64,000 bases of DNA, taken from the IMG/VR virus record IMGVR_UViG_3300045988_023742, positions 37,448-101,447 of that record; one strand, given 5' to 3'. Below, in pieces: positions 1 through 9,905 of this stretch. Made by a program: the position numbers and the translations under genes. Source of the DNA: a virus. The notes beneath the pieces were generated by a model. The model had not been told where the DNA came from and did no database searches. It was given only the letters and a program-made list of their open reading frames with translations. Numbering within the stretch: the stretch's first letter is position 1; each line of letters starts with the position of its first letter.

Positions 1-321
1 AACTTGTAAGTTTTCCTAAGGCATCATCATACTCCATTAATCCACTACCAATATCTTTATTTAGAGTTGATAGTAACTTCTCTTGCTTAACATCTATCTT
101 AGCAAGTTTTCTTAGTGAGTTAAATGTTATCTCACCATTCTCATCAAATTTGGCTTTATCCCTAACTTTGTCTAGGAAGTTTTTATCAGTGCCAACTCTG
201 TAAAACTCCTTTGTCAAACCTCTATCAGAGAGGTGGTGAAGCAGGTCATTCCATAACCTGCTTTCAACCACTTCACCTTTAGAGTTTTTGACATGACCAA
301 TAATTGAACAACTATTACTCA
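1..321 (-). CDS. hypothetical protein, N-terminal 107 codons (runs off window start)
   Basis: ATG at 321-319, 11 nt after the giant ORF stop. Frame is open to position 1 (hand translated, no stops). Confidence 0.5.
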
Positions 322-332
322 TATCTTATAAA

Positions 333-3300
333 CTAACATGCTTTCATTGGATTACCATTTTCATCAAGAACCACAACACCATCTACTCTACAAGCTTGTC
401 TAAGCTCTTCTACAGAAGCTTTCAAATCAGCTTCTTCAGTATTACTTAAAGCAGCTTTAAGAACATTTGCTGTATAAAGTTCTCCTTGGTCATCTCTAAT
501 ACCTGCTTTCTCATAGGCTTTACTCATTTCTTCTGCTATTTCATTTATAACAGCTTCTCTGTTAAAGCTCTCTACAGTAGACTCTCTTTCTTCAGAACTT
601 TCTGATGTTGAACCTTCTTCAAAAGTTTCAGATACTTCTGTATCTTCTACTATATCTGAAGAAATATTATCACCAAAATACTGAAGAGACTGACCTTTAG
701 TACCAAGTTTATCTACCTTATGATATGTCATTACAGAAGTCTTTGTTTCATCAAAACTATCTGCCATATAGACAACTTGACCCTGACCAGTATTAATCTT
801 AATCATAGGAACAAATTGTCTTGACTTAGCCATCTTATTTTCTTTTAAAATGAAGTATTTACCATTTTCTTTATCAATCTTTGACAAATCTAAGGTAAAT
901 TCATTTCTAGCAACACCAGCCTGAATAGCAAGTGGCTTAAGAATATCTAAAACAGTTTTACTTTTAGCATCTAAGCCAAATCTCTTATTATCCAAGTGAT
1001 TAAGCATATACTGTCTAGCAAATGTTTCAGCATTGATGTTAAACTTATCTTCCATTATATCATTCATAAAGTCTACATAGCTTCTATCACCATCAGCAGT
1101 TGGTACTTTAATGTTCTCTTTAACTTCAGTAGGAGCAAGATTCATAAAAGCTTTAGGGCTAAAATTAAAACCTAACTTATAGAAGTTATATAAGAACAAA
1201 TCAGTAGCAATCTGTGAAGTCTCAGGATTTCTTGCTAAGTCTGCCCAGCTTTCTCTAATTTCATCCTTCATATAAGGAGCTAATCCTCCAATACCTTGGA
1301 TATTAATACTAATTTCATCAGTACTTTCACCAGTAGCAGGATTCTTAACTTCTTTAACTTCAGGAATCATATAAGCAAAGATAGGTATAGACTTCATTTG
1401 AGGATTAGCCTCTAAGTGATTAAGCAAATCTTTTGCAAACCATTTAGTGTAATACTCTCTTGTAGTCATTAAACCATGCTGAGTTTGTTTAGGAAGAGAA
1501 CCATTAAACTCACTTCTTTCTTGGTTACTTAACAAATAGACCATCATATCACTATGAATACTATTTATAGTATCAGCATCAAGACTTCCATAATTGACAA
1601 GTCCATTTAGAGTATTTCTAGCATTAACATAAGCCATCTTATTATAAGGGAAATATTTACTTAAAATCTCTAATGACTTTCTATTAGCATCAAACATAGC
1701 CTGCTCATAAGCAAATGGGTTACCCATCATAGTATCAAGATAATCTGAATTGCTCATAGTAGTAAGACTATTATCATCCATAATAGGAGAGTCAAGCTTG
1801 TCTGTCACTTCCATCTCAACATGACTTGCATCAGTACCAACTTCACTAAGATACTTTTGAACTTTAAGCTGCTGAGCATAAAGGTCACCAAATGTAGAAC
1901 CAACTGCATTAGATGCAGTAAACTTTGTTGATGTTACAAACTTAGATACATCATTAGCAACTGCTGAAATATCATTGAACAAATCAAGAACTTCAAGTTG
2001 TTCAGTAGCAAATGTATTGTTATCCATAACATTACTGCCTTTTTCTCTGAGAACTCTATCATTCAAAATATTCTTAGCAAGTTTATCCATAGAGAAATGT
2101 TCAGGATTTAGAGGCTCCTTTCTACTTCTAACAGATGCACCTTGATTCTTATACTTTTCTCTTACCTCTCTGATAGCAGTATCAATTCCTACACTATTAT
2201 TAAAGCTATATTCACATACCTCCTTGATAATAGGCTGATTAAACAGCATACCAATTTCAGTAGTAGTATAACCAATTCTAGCAAGAACTGCACCTGCATC
2301 AGCAGTAAGAGTATTAAGATTCATAAAGTTAAGAACAGGGTCTTTTACAGCATCCACAGAAGCAGACAGAAATTCAGCTACATTCAAGTCTACATCAACT
2401 CCATTAGGAGCATGAAGGAAGTCACTAAATCTACCATCACCGTAACTATGACCAGCAAACTCAATAGGCTTAGAAATCTTAAAAGACTTCATAAGACTAG
2501 CAAAAGCATGATTAGTATTTTGATTAGCAAATATACCAATAAGTTTACCTGCTACTTGATTCTGCTGATTATAAGTGATAATAGTCATAGGGTCAGAAGG
2601 GTCATAATTAGGCTCTGGGTCATTGGATTTATCCTTAGCTCTGTTATTAAGAGCTTCCCAATTAACCTTCTTATTATCATCTATAATACCCTCAGTACTA
2701 CCATATAGTAACTCTCTCATGATTCTAGCAGACTTAGAAGCATTAGCAAAACCACCTGGAGTAGTTCTTTGCTTCATAGTCTCTGGGTCCATCAATCTTT
2801 GTTGAATAAGATTAATAAGCATATTATTTCTAGCAGCTCTAGTATTTTCAAGCGGAGACTTATTAAAGTCATACTCTTCAAAATCTATAAGCTTAGAAGT
2901 ATCATCTGAGAATACAGCAGATAGTAGTGCATCAGTAGCTTCATCTGTAGATTGTTTCTTTAATGCTTTATATTCTCTTCTCATAAAGTAGAGCTTATCA
3001 ACATCAAAGTCAAAACCTGCAATAGTAGTTCCTTGAGCTGGTACTTTAATAGTACCTCCTGCTGTCTTTTGACTAAACCTCTTAACTCTAAGATTAAGCA
3101 TTGAATAGTCTCTCTCAGTTGGGATTCTATACGCTAGAAGACTTGTAGAACCAGGAAATCTATGCTCAAGTAATGAAATCTTCTTACCCTCAGATTCAAT
3201 CATCTTAAGAGTTCCATCAGGATTACAATATTCATTGAAATCAAGATGAACTTCATTACCTTCGCTATCCTTATATGATATGTCAAATGGAATCTCACAT

Positions 3301-6300
3301 TCTGCATAAAGAATATTTCCTTTACCATCTGTTACATACTTTAAATCTCCATCTTCTTCATAGCCTTTAATACCCATTGCAGAAACCTGAACAGCAGAAC
3401 CTCCTTTTATTTGCTGCTTATTCACAATCTTCTTGAACATACTGAAAGCCATAGCAGCAGCATCATGCTCCAAACCACCTTCAAACAAAGGCATAGCAAA
3501 CTTACCATTATCAACAGCATAGGCTAGAACATTGTCCATAGACTCTCTACTGTTATTAATAACACCTTGAATCAATTTCTCACTAAGTTTATTAGCATCT
3601 GAAATACCATCCTTAAAGCTATCAAATGATTCTAAGATGTTGGCAACTATCAATCCATTATAGAATGATACTAGGTTTCTACCATTGAGTTTAACTCTAC
3701 CATGATTTCCACCAAGATTTACAGTACCATCACCACCAATATAATTCATATAATGGTAGTCATCCATATTGATATTTGCCATAATAAGCTTTCTAACCTG
3801 TGTACCAAAGAGTTGAGAGCTATTAATATGCTCAGGAACATTAGTCTGTATTCTATAATCACCATAACTTAATTGGTGAACATAGGCTTTACTTAGAGCT
3901 TCACCTAGACTCTTTGCATCAGAAGCTTTTGAAATGTCAGTAGAACCAAATCCACCAACCTTAACAATTTTAGTAGAACCAACTAGGTCTACATTGTTAT
4001 CATCCATCCAATAAGCCATATCTCTAAGCTTACTACCTTTAGGTAAAAGTTCGGGAATTAACACTGCTTCAGCATACTTATGCTGAACTGGAATAATAAC
4101 TTTGTCCTTATCATTAAGAGCAAGCTTTTCATGAGTAAACATATAAGGTTTAATAGGCTGAAATACTACTGCCATAGATGCTATTTCAGCAAGTTTTTCT
4201 GATGGAATAGATTTTCCATTATAATCAACTTTAAGCTGTTCAATAGCCTCATATACTTTCTGCATTTCTTCAGTCCATTGTCCTGCCATACCCATTACTT
4301 TTCTATATGACCTAAGAGTTCTATAGCCTTGTCCATCAGTCAAAGTATTCTTTTTGTATGCATCATATACATCAGAATCTTTTCCATGAACAGCAGCAAT
4401 AGCTTCCATAAATTCAGGATTTGATTGTTCTGCATTTATATTAATATCATCAAAATAAACACATCTTTCAATACCATCCTCAGAGAATTTCTTACCATTA
4501 CTATCAATAGCTGAAAGACTTAATAGAGAACCAGGAGCATGAATCTCTTTGTATCTCTTCTGAAGGTCTTTAGTGCCTTTATAGAATGAAGTATCAATAG
4601 TCATGAGTTGAAGCTGATTAATAGTAGCAAACTTAACATTGTTATAAAACTCTGCAAGTTTCTCATCTAAGTTTTCAGATGTAACATCTTCTCCTAGATA
4701 AGTATATCTTTCAACCTCTACTTGCTTATTATTCCTATCAATCTCCTTTACCTTTACAGTTTCAAGAAGACCTAAGTTAGTTAACTGCTTCTTGAAATCT
4801 ATAAGAGCATCAGATAAATATGCAGATATAGCCTTCTTAACCTCTGTTTCAGTCGGTCTATCACTAAGCATACTAGAATACTTTCCTACTGTACCATCAG
4901 ATGCCTTATAATCTTTATTAAGGAATCCAAGAATACTAAAGGTATCTTCACTATCAGAAAAGTTTTCCACTTTACTATAGTTTCTAGAATCAAGCCATTC
5001 ATTAGTAGCTTTGACTAACTCTTGTCTTCTTCTTTCCTGTTCATAAGCATTATAGAGACCATCCATAATCTCTTCATTGCTGTATCTCTTAGCTCTAATA
5101 TATTTGCTTACACCGCTATCACCAAGAATAAATACAGGATATAATGCAGTATCAGCTTTATTGCTAAGTTCTTTGTCACTTCTGAACTCTGTAAGCATAT
5201 CAATCATGTGCTGTTTGCTAGTAAAGTTCTCAAAACTCATATCAGAGGTTCCTAAGAATCTCAGATAATCAAATTGAGCAGCAAATGTATCTTCTAAGCT
5301 TACATTAGTAGGAGTATCACAACACTTAAGCAATTCTTCAAGCCACTTATTTAATACCTTACCATTATAAGAGAAGAAAGGAGAGTCAAGATATTCATTA
5401 GCTAGGAAAGACCTAAGACCAGCTTTGTCATTTGCTTTAACATAGCTTTGAATCTTATCAAACTTATCACCCATAAAAGATGGATTTACCTGAGAGAAAA
5501 GAGTAATGTTGTTACCTTTGCTATCCTTATGTCTTACTCTAGACTCAAGTCTCAAGCCTTCTCTATTCTTGGTAATCATTTCATGTATCTTTCTGATTTT
5601 CTCCTCAAATACACCTTCTTTCCTGGAGTTCTGACCTTTAGCTCTAACCAATGACTTATATGGAATCTTTTCACCAGCTTCAAGTTTCTTCAACTGATTC
5701 TCAGATACACCATATTGAGCTAGTTCTTGGAGAGCATTAGTAAGTTTTCTAAGGTCTTTAGAATGATTCATTATCTCATCTAGAGTATCAGCATCCACTT
5801 CTACTCCAAGAGACTCTAAACTAGTTCTAAGGAACTCTCTTCTTTCAATAGAAGAGCCACCTCTAGAGTAGAACTTGCTTTGCTTTCCTCCTCCATACTG
5901 TTTTTGCTTATCAAAGATACTTCCAGTATTTTCCTTAGGCTGAGCAAGCCACTCATTTATCTGACTTAGAGTGTTCTTTAAGTTAGATACATTGACATTT
6001 CCTTTAGTATCAAATACAGAGGTCTTCTCATTAAGAGGCTTTCCAAGTATAATTCTAGACATAAAGGAACCTCCTAACAAATCTTCAACTCTATTAAGAA
6101 GTTTAGTCTTATACTTTCTAAGACCTTTCTTAGAAGCTTCCTTATCTTCAACAAGAATGGAATAAGGCTGAAAGTTCTTCTTGAAATCCCTAAAGAATTG
6201 TGTTCTAAGTTGAGGATTCTTTGTTAGAGCATCTAAAATTGGAATCATCCATACAGATTTAGCTTGTCCAGTTCTAGGATTTCTAAAAGCTCCCATCATT

Positions 6301-7214
6301 TGAGCTTCAGAGGTAATACCTCTAAGTAACTCCATAAGAGCTTGATGTACCTTAGTAGGGTCTAATGTCTGTACAAATCCAAGGTCATCTCTTTTAGGCT
6401 GAGCTTTTTGCATTACTCTACCATCAGCAGCAGTTACATCTACTATCTCCATAACAGGAAGACTGCTAATAAGTCTTCTTACCTGATGTCCTACAGAACC
6501 AAATGAAGATTCAAGACCATTAGATGTTTGCCAAGCTTCTCTAACAGATTCATTTGGGTCAATAAGTTGAGAGAGGTCATTATCTCCATAATTAAGTTCA
6601 TCTGTCTCATCAACAAACTCCATCTTATTACCCAATTTAATTCCCTCAGTATCTCTGAGTTTCATTCTAGCAAATGCTGTTAAAGCTGACCAATTAGAGA
6701 GAACCTGATTGAACTTTGAAGCTTTCTCCATGTCACCTTTAGCTCTGAACATAGACTGCATCTGCATTATCTGATTATAGACCTTTTCAAACAGATTAAA
6801 CTCTCCAACCTTTGTATCAATAATAGCTCTTCTACTAAGCTGTGGATTATTCTTCTGAATTTCATCTACAACAGCAGAAAACATAGCAGCAATCATATTT
6901 ACTCTATTAAAGCGTTCTTCTGCTGTAAATACTTTTCTCAATCTTTTATAGCTTGGAGCTAAATTAGTACCAATACTATTAATTTTAGCTTGATTTCCAA
7001 TCTTAATCTCCTGTCTGAATTTAGCAAGAGTTAATGCAGCTTCATCAAGGTTAGTTGTGTCTAGAGGATTATTTTGATTAACTTCATCATACATACCTCT
7101 AAGTGTAGCAACTCTAAAGGGGTTAAACTTATCACTAGCATTACCTCTCCATCCTAATTTAGTTGCTAATACATCATCTATTCCCTTTTGTGGGATATAA
7201 CAAAAATTTGCCAT
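333..7214 (-). CDS. giant virion-type RNA polymerase (crAss-like gp66-type), 2293 aa
   Basis: AGFDFDVDKLY contains a DxDxD metal-binding motif (nt 2997-3011), as in double-psi beta-barrel RNAPs. Size and context are typical of crAss-like phages. Confidence 0.7.
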   Translation of the reverse strand: MANFCYIPQKGIDDVLATKLGWRGNASDKFNPFRVATLRGMYDEVNQNNPLDTTNLDEAALTLAKFRQEIKIGNQAKINSIGTNLAPSYKRLRKVFTAEERFNRVNMIAAMFSAVVDEIQKNNPQLSRRAIIDTKVGEFNLFEKVYNQIMQMQSMFRAKGDMEKASKFNQVLSNWSALTAFARMKLRDTEGIKLGNKMEFVDETDELNYGDNDLSQLIDPNESVREAWQTSNGLESSFGSVGHQVRRLISSLPVMEIVDVTAADGRVMQKAQPKRDDLGFVQTLDPTKVHQALMELLRGITSEAQMMGAFRNPRTGQAKSVWMIPILDALTKNPQLRTQFFRDFKKNFQPYSILVEDKEASKKGLRKYKTKLLNRVEDLLGGSFMSRIILGKPLNEKTSVFDTKGNVNVSNLKNTLSQINEWLAQPKENTGSIFDKQKQYGGGKQSKFYSRGGSSIERREFLRTSLESLGVEVDADTLDEIMNHSKDLRKLTNALQELAQYGVSENQLKKLEAGEKIPYKSLVRAKGQNSRKEGVFEEKIRKIHEMITKNREGLRLESRVRHKDSKGNNITLFSQVNPSFMGDKFDKIQSYVKANDKAGLRSFLANEYLDSPFFSYNGKVLNKWLEELLKCCDTPTNVSLEDTFAAQFDYLRFLGTSDMSFENFTSKQHMIDMLTEFRSDKELSNKADTALYPVFILGDSGVSKYIRAKRYSNEEIMDGLYNAYEQERRRQELVKATNEWLDSRNYSKVENFSDSEDTFSILGFLNKDYKASDGTVGKYSSMLSDRPTETEVKKAISAYLSDALIDFKKQLTNLGLLETVKVKEIDRNNKQVEVERYTYLGEDVTSENLDEKLAEFYNNVKFATINQLQLMTIDTSFYKGTKDLQKRYKEIHAPGSLLSLSAIDSNGKKFSEDGIERCVYFDDININAEQSNPEFMEAIAAVHGKDSDVYDAYKKNTLTDGQGYRTLRSYRKVMGMAGQWTEEMQKVYEAIEQLKVDYNGKSIPSEKLAEIASMAVVFQPIKPYMFTHEKLALNDKDKVIIPVQHKYAEAVLIPELLPKGSKLRDMAYWMDDNNVDLVGSTKIVKVGGFGSTDISKASDAKSLGEALSKAYVHQLSYGDYRIQTNVPEHINSSQLFGTQVRKLIMANINMDDYHYMNYIGGDGTVNLGGNHGRVKLNGRNLVSFYNGLIVANILESFDSFKDGISDANKLSEKLIQGVINNSRESMDNVLAYAVDNGKFAMPLFEGGLEHDAAAMAFSMFKKIVNKQQIKGGSAVQVSAMGIKGYEEDGDLKYVTDGKGNILYAECEIPFDISYKDSEGNEVHLDFNEYCNPDGTLKMIESEGKKISLLEHRFPGSTSLLAYRIPTERDYSMLNLRVKRFSQKTAGGTIKVPAQGTTIAGFDFDVDKLYFMRREYKALKKQSTDEATDALLSAVFSDDTSKLIDFEEYDFNKSPLENTRAARNNMLINLIQQRLMDPETMKQRTTPGGFANASKSARIMRELLYGSTEGIIDDNKKVNWEALNNRAKDKSNDPEPNYDPSDPMTIITYNQQNQVAGKLIGIFANQNTNHAFASLMKSFKISKPIEFAGHSYGDGRFSDFLHAPNGVDVDLNVAEFLSASVDAVKDPVLNFMNLNTLTADAGAVLARIGYTTTEIGMLFNQPIIKEVCEYSFNNSVGIDTAIREVREKYKNQGASVRSRKEPLNPEHFSMDKLAKNILNDRVLREKGSNVMDNNTFATEQLEVLDLFNDISAVANDVSKFVTSTKFTASNAVGSTFGDLYAQQLKVQKYLSEVGTDASHVEMEVTDKLDSPIMDDNSLTTMSNSDYLDTMMGNPFAYEQAMFDANRKSLEILSKYFPYNKMAYVNARNTLNGLVNYGSLDADTINSIHSDMMVYLLSNQERSEFNGSLPKQTQHGLMTTREYYTKWFAKDLLNHLEANPQMKSIPIFAYMIPEVKEVKNPATGESTDEISINIQGIGGLAPYMKDEIRESWADLARNPETSQIATDLFLYNFYKLGFNFSPKAFMNLAPTEVKENIKVPTADGDRSYVDFMNDIMEDKFNINAETFARQYMLNHLDNKRFGLDAKSKTVLDILKPLAIQAGVARNEFTLDLSKIDKENGKYFILKENKMAKSRQFVPMIKINTGQGQVVYMADSFDETKTSVMTYHKVDKLGTKGQSLQYFGDNISSDIVEDTEVSETFEEGSTSESSEERESTVESFNREAVINEIAEEMSKAYEKAGIRDDQGELYTANVLKAALSNTEEADLKASVEELRQACRVDGVVVLDENGNPMKAC

Positions 7215-7237
7215 ATAGTATAATTAAAATTTTAGTG

Positions 7238-7269
7238 CAAAGTTAATTAAATTTGCTCAGTTTACCAAA
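7238..7269 (-). promoter_or_regulatory. Bacteroidota-type promoter for the giant RNAP gene
   Basis: Minus strand reads TTTG (7269-7266), 20 nt, TAACTTTG (7245-7238). Confidence 0.6.
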
Positions 7270-7299
7270 TAAATAAGAGCAAAAGTTGATTGTTTTAAG

Positions 7300-7332
7300 A
7301 AAAAATAAGGGAAGAGTATAAGCTCTTCCCTT
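7300..7332 (-). terminator. rho-independent terminator
   Basis: AAGGGAAGAG-6 nt-CTCTTCCCTT followed by ATTTTTT on the minus strand. Confidence 0.7.
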
Positions 7333-7344
7333 ATATATTATAAA

Positions 7345-7971
7345 TTATATGTATATGCTGTCAGGATAATACAATAAAGTTCCCATGGAGTTCTTATGAA
7401 CATCTACATCAGGAAAATTACTATTAAACTCTTTAAGATTAAAGGGTCTTACAAGTAAGTGACAACCTTGTTTTGTTGGTATAATACCAGTAAGATATAA
7501 CTCTTCCCTAGTATCGCAGAATGGTAATGTAGGGTCTAACTTAAAATAGTTATCAAACCATCCTAAGAGTAACTCCTTTATTTCCATATTATCAACATCT
7601 ACAATCCATACAGGATTCCTTGAAGTTAATGCTCCTGCTGCACTATTAAGAGTCTTTCTTGGATTCTGAATATTACCTTCACATACTAATGAAGCAAGTT
7701 TTACTAACATAAGTTTCTGTAACTTTTCAAAGCTCTTTGGGCTTATATTAATATATGCTCTTGCTCCATAGTGTTCACAAAGAAGAATCACCTCAGGCAT
7801 TATTTTCCTGAGATGCTCTTCATTCTTTATGAAGTATGTTTTAATAGCTCCTTCCTTTACTTTTTCATCCTTATAGTCTTTTGCTCTACACACTATTTGC
7901 ATATGGCAGAATACCTTTGGATTATCCTTTGGTAGTAAAGGAGCTATTAGTTCTAGATTATTGATTATCAT
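7345..7971 (-). CDS. hypothetical protein (208 aa, start trimmed to MIINN...)
   Basis: The listed 268-aa ORF overlaps thyX by about 190 nt. The internal ATG at 7971 overlaps the thyX stop by only 14 nt. Confidence 0.55.
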   Translation of the reverse strand: MIINNLELIAPLLPKDNPKVFCHMQIVCRAKDYKDEKVKEGAIKTYFIKNEEHLRKIMPEVILLCEHYGARAYINISPKSFEKLQKLMLVKLASLVCEGNIQNPRKTLNSAAGALTSRNPVWIVDVDNMEIKELLLGWFDNYFKLDPTLPFCDTREELYLTGIIPTKQGCHLLVRPFNLKEFNSNFPDVDVHKNSMGTLLYYPDSIYI

Positions 7972-8827
7972 AACCAAGTTCTTTAAATCTTTTCTGTAAT
8001 GGAATAGCAATCTCTCTTGCCATAGGATGAGCATCATTAGCGCATCTTCTGTAAAAGAAATTCTCCCAAGCATCTTTAAATCCACATGAAATAAGCTCCG
8101 ATTTAACTGATAGAGGAAGAACTTCTCTTGCTTGTTGAGGAGTCCAACCAAGTTTTAATAAAGATAAATAAGAATTTTGAGCATTTTGTAGTGCATCCAT
8201 AAATATTATTTCATCTTCATTAATTTCAAATGGAGGATAATTCTGTTCAGACCCTTCTTTAAGAGAATTACACCAATTTGGAATAACAAAAGTTACTTGG
8301 TTATCAAATTTATCCTTAGAATAATTACAATATCTAGTACTCTCAGCAAGATGACTTAAACCTACATGAGTTCTAAATTCATCCATTATTCCTCTAGAAA
8401 GAACCATGTGAACTGTATATCTACTAGGATAATAACAATTGTCCTGCTCTGTAAAATACTCAGCTATATAAGGGCACTTCTTTATAATTTGAAGATAATG
8501 TCTATAGTTAGTTGTTATATAAGTATACTCTGGAAGTTCCTTGTACTTAATCCATGCAGGATTATATAATTTACAATCTACTAGGTCTTGCAAAAACTCC
8601 TCAAATAGCATTCCAGAGCTTATCTTAAGATGTACAGTACCAAACTCAAGTGGTCTAGCATGGTCTCTCTTCACAAGCATATTTACAAACTTCTCATAGG
8701 AATCATCTGTAATTCTATCTTCAGATTTGTAGCATACTCTGCCACATCTTTCAATGAACTTCTTAATGCCTATAAGACTAAAATCCTTCTGTTCAAGAAT
8801 CTCAAAACTTTGTTTAATTAGTTTCAT
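7958..8827 (-). CDS. thyX: FAD-dependent thymidylate synthase ThyX
   Basis: RDHARPLEFGTVH and FRTHVGLSHLAESTRY resemble the ThyX GHxSxLEH and RHRxxSxxxQSxRY signatures. Confidence 0.7.
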   Translation of the reverse strand: MKLIKQSFEILEQKDFSLIGIKKFIERCGRVCYKSEDRITDDSYEKFVNMLVKRDHARPLEFGTVHLKISSGMLFEEFLQDLVDCKLYNPAWIKYKELPEYTYITTNYRHYLQIIKKCPYIAEYFTEQDNCYYPSRYTVHMVLSRGIMDEFRTHVGLSHLAESTRYCNYSKDKFDNQVTFVIPNWCNSLKEGSEQNYPPFEINEDEIIFMDALQNAQNSYLSLLKLGWTPQQAREVLPLSVKSELISCGFKDAWENFFYRRCANDAHPMAREIAIPLQKRFKELGYDNQ

Positions 8828-9071
8828 ATTCCTTAATCTTACTGTTAATAACCTCTGACTTTACAATGCCATGCCAAGTCTCTAATACTTCTTCTTTATC
8901 ATTAAGAAGTAGAATAGTAGGAAGACCTTTAACATTGTACTTGTCAGCTACTTCAGGATTCTCCACTACATTAATATCCTTAACAGGAGCATCAATAGGA
9001 TGGTCCTTAAACTCCTTTGCTACAACTTTACATTGTCCACAACAAGGAGAATAAAACTTCATTACTTTCAT
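8814..9071 (-). CDS. thioredoxin-like protein
   Basis: 85 aa with an N-terminal CGQC (CxxC) motif and thioredoxin-like ...GLPTILLL... pattern. Sits next to RNR and ThyX genes. Confidence 0.7.
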   Translation of the reverse strand: MKVMKFYSPCCGQCKVVAKEFKDHPIDAPVKDINVVENPEVADKYNVKGLPTILLLNDKEEVLETWHGIVKSEVINSKIKEYETN

Positions 9072-9283
9072 TTTCTGTAACTATCTAGTTGTTTATTTAA
9101 AGCATCCATTAGTGCCTGAAAACACTTGCTTACTTCAGGATTTACAACCTTTGCTTCTATAGTCATGGCACTATTGTTATAGGTCATTTTCATATCAGCA
9201 ATAGGTTTAGCAAAGTGTTTATAAATTATATTAAATTTTACCTTATCTTGCATATTATCAAAACTCTTCAATATAATCAGCAT
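9068..9283 (-). CDS. hypothetical protein
   Basis: 71-aa ORF whose start and stop overlap its neighbours in the operon. Confidence 0.45.
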   Translation of the reverse strand: MLIILKSFDNMQDKVKFNIIYKHFAKPIADMKMTYNNSAMTIEAKVVNPEVSKCFQALMDALNKQLDSYRK

Positions 9284-9401
9284 TTGGGAATGTCATATAA
9301 ACATCATCCCATGCAGCATCTCTTTCATGCTCATCATTCTCATCATAATGGTTACTATAGGGTTCCCTATGTCCATCTTTAAAGTGAATTATAAATGTCA
9401 T
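9258..9401 (-). CDS. small acidic hypothetical protein (47 aa)
   Basis: Hand-translated MTFIIHFKDGHREPYSNHYDENDEHERDAAWDD.... It fills the gap between flanking ORFs and is below the ORF-track cutoff. Confidence 0.3.
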   Translation of the reverse strand: MTFIIHFKDGHREPYSNHYDENDEHERDAAWDDVYMTFPNADYIEEF

Positions 9402-9402
9402 A

Positions 9403-9705
9403 TCATTCCTCCAAATTTACTTCAAAATCATCTTCAACCCAATCATTAAACTCTCCTACACTATTAGGGAGAGTTACTTGGTCCCTAACTGCTTGCTTTA
9501 AGTCACACTCAGAATAATCATAGCTAATACCATGATAACCATCTTCATCAGAGTATTCTTCAGCAATATAGTCAGTAACCTCTACCTCTACTGTCTTACT
9601 TAGTGTTATAGATACAGTGACCTCAATCTTTCTTGGTTCAGGGTCTACTTGGTTCCAAGGAGCATCTGAGGTATCTGAGCCAATAGGATAATCATAATTA
9701 TTCAT
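9403..9705 (-). CDS. highly acidic hypothetical protein (possible HicA partner)
   Basis: 100 aa, rich in D and E. Its start overlaps the stop of the HicA-like ORF (ATGA). Confidence 0.45.
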   Translation of the reverse strand: MNNYDYPIGSDTSDAPWNQVDPEPRKIEVTVSITLSKTVEVEVTDYIAEEYSDEDGYHGISYDYSECDLKQAVRDQVTLPNSVGEFNDWVEDDFEVNLEE

Positions 9706-9905
9706 TTTCTTCGCCTTTTAATGTTTACATCTAAGTTATTTTCTTTAATAAGTCTATGAGCTATAACACTTTCTAGTTTATGAGGGATAGAGATATGTCT
9801 TCCCTTATCATTAACATATATAGCATGGTCACCACTATGTCTACTATAAGAGAATCCATTCTTCTCTACTACCCTTATAAACTCTAATTGTGTGTATTGC
9901 TTCAT
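9702..9905 (-). CDS. hicA: HicA-like mRNA interferase (RNase toxin fold)
   Basis: 67 aa. ...KNGFSYSRHSGDHAIYVNDKGRHISIPHK...I.HRLIKE matches the HicA pattern G(F/W)...GSHh.....vP.H. Confidence 0.55.
   Translation of the reverse strand: MKQYTQLEFIRVVEKNGFSYSRHSGDHAIYVNDKGRHISIPHKLESVIAHRLIKENNLDVNIKRRRK

Noticed and set aside
2142-6165. Plus-strand ORFs 2142-2708, 2623-2805, 5077-5268, 5448-5654 and 5971-6165.
   Set aside because: They are antisense to the 2293-aa RNAP ORF. Their translations are low-complexity and rich in Ile, Leu and Ser, as is typical of shadow frames in AT-rich DNA.
7972-8151. The N-terminal 60 codons of the listed 268-aa ORF (7345-8151).
   Set aside because: They overlap the thyX coding region out of frame by about 190 nt. 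An internal ATG at 7971 gives normal operon coupling.
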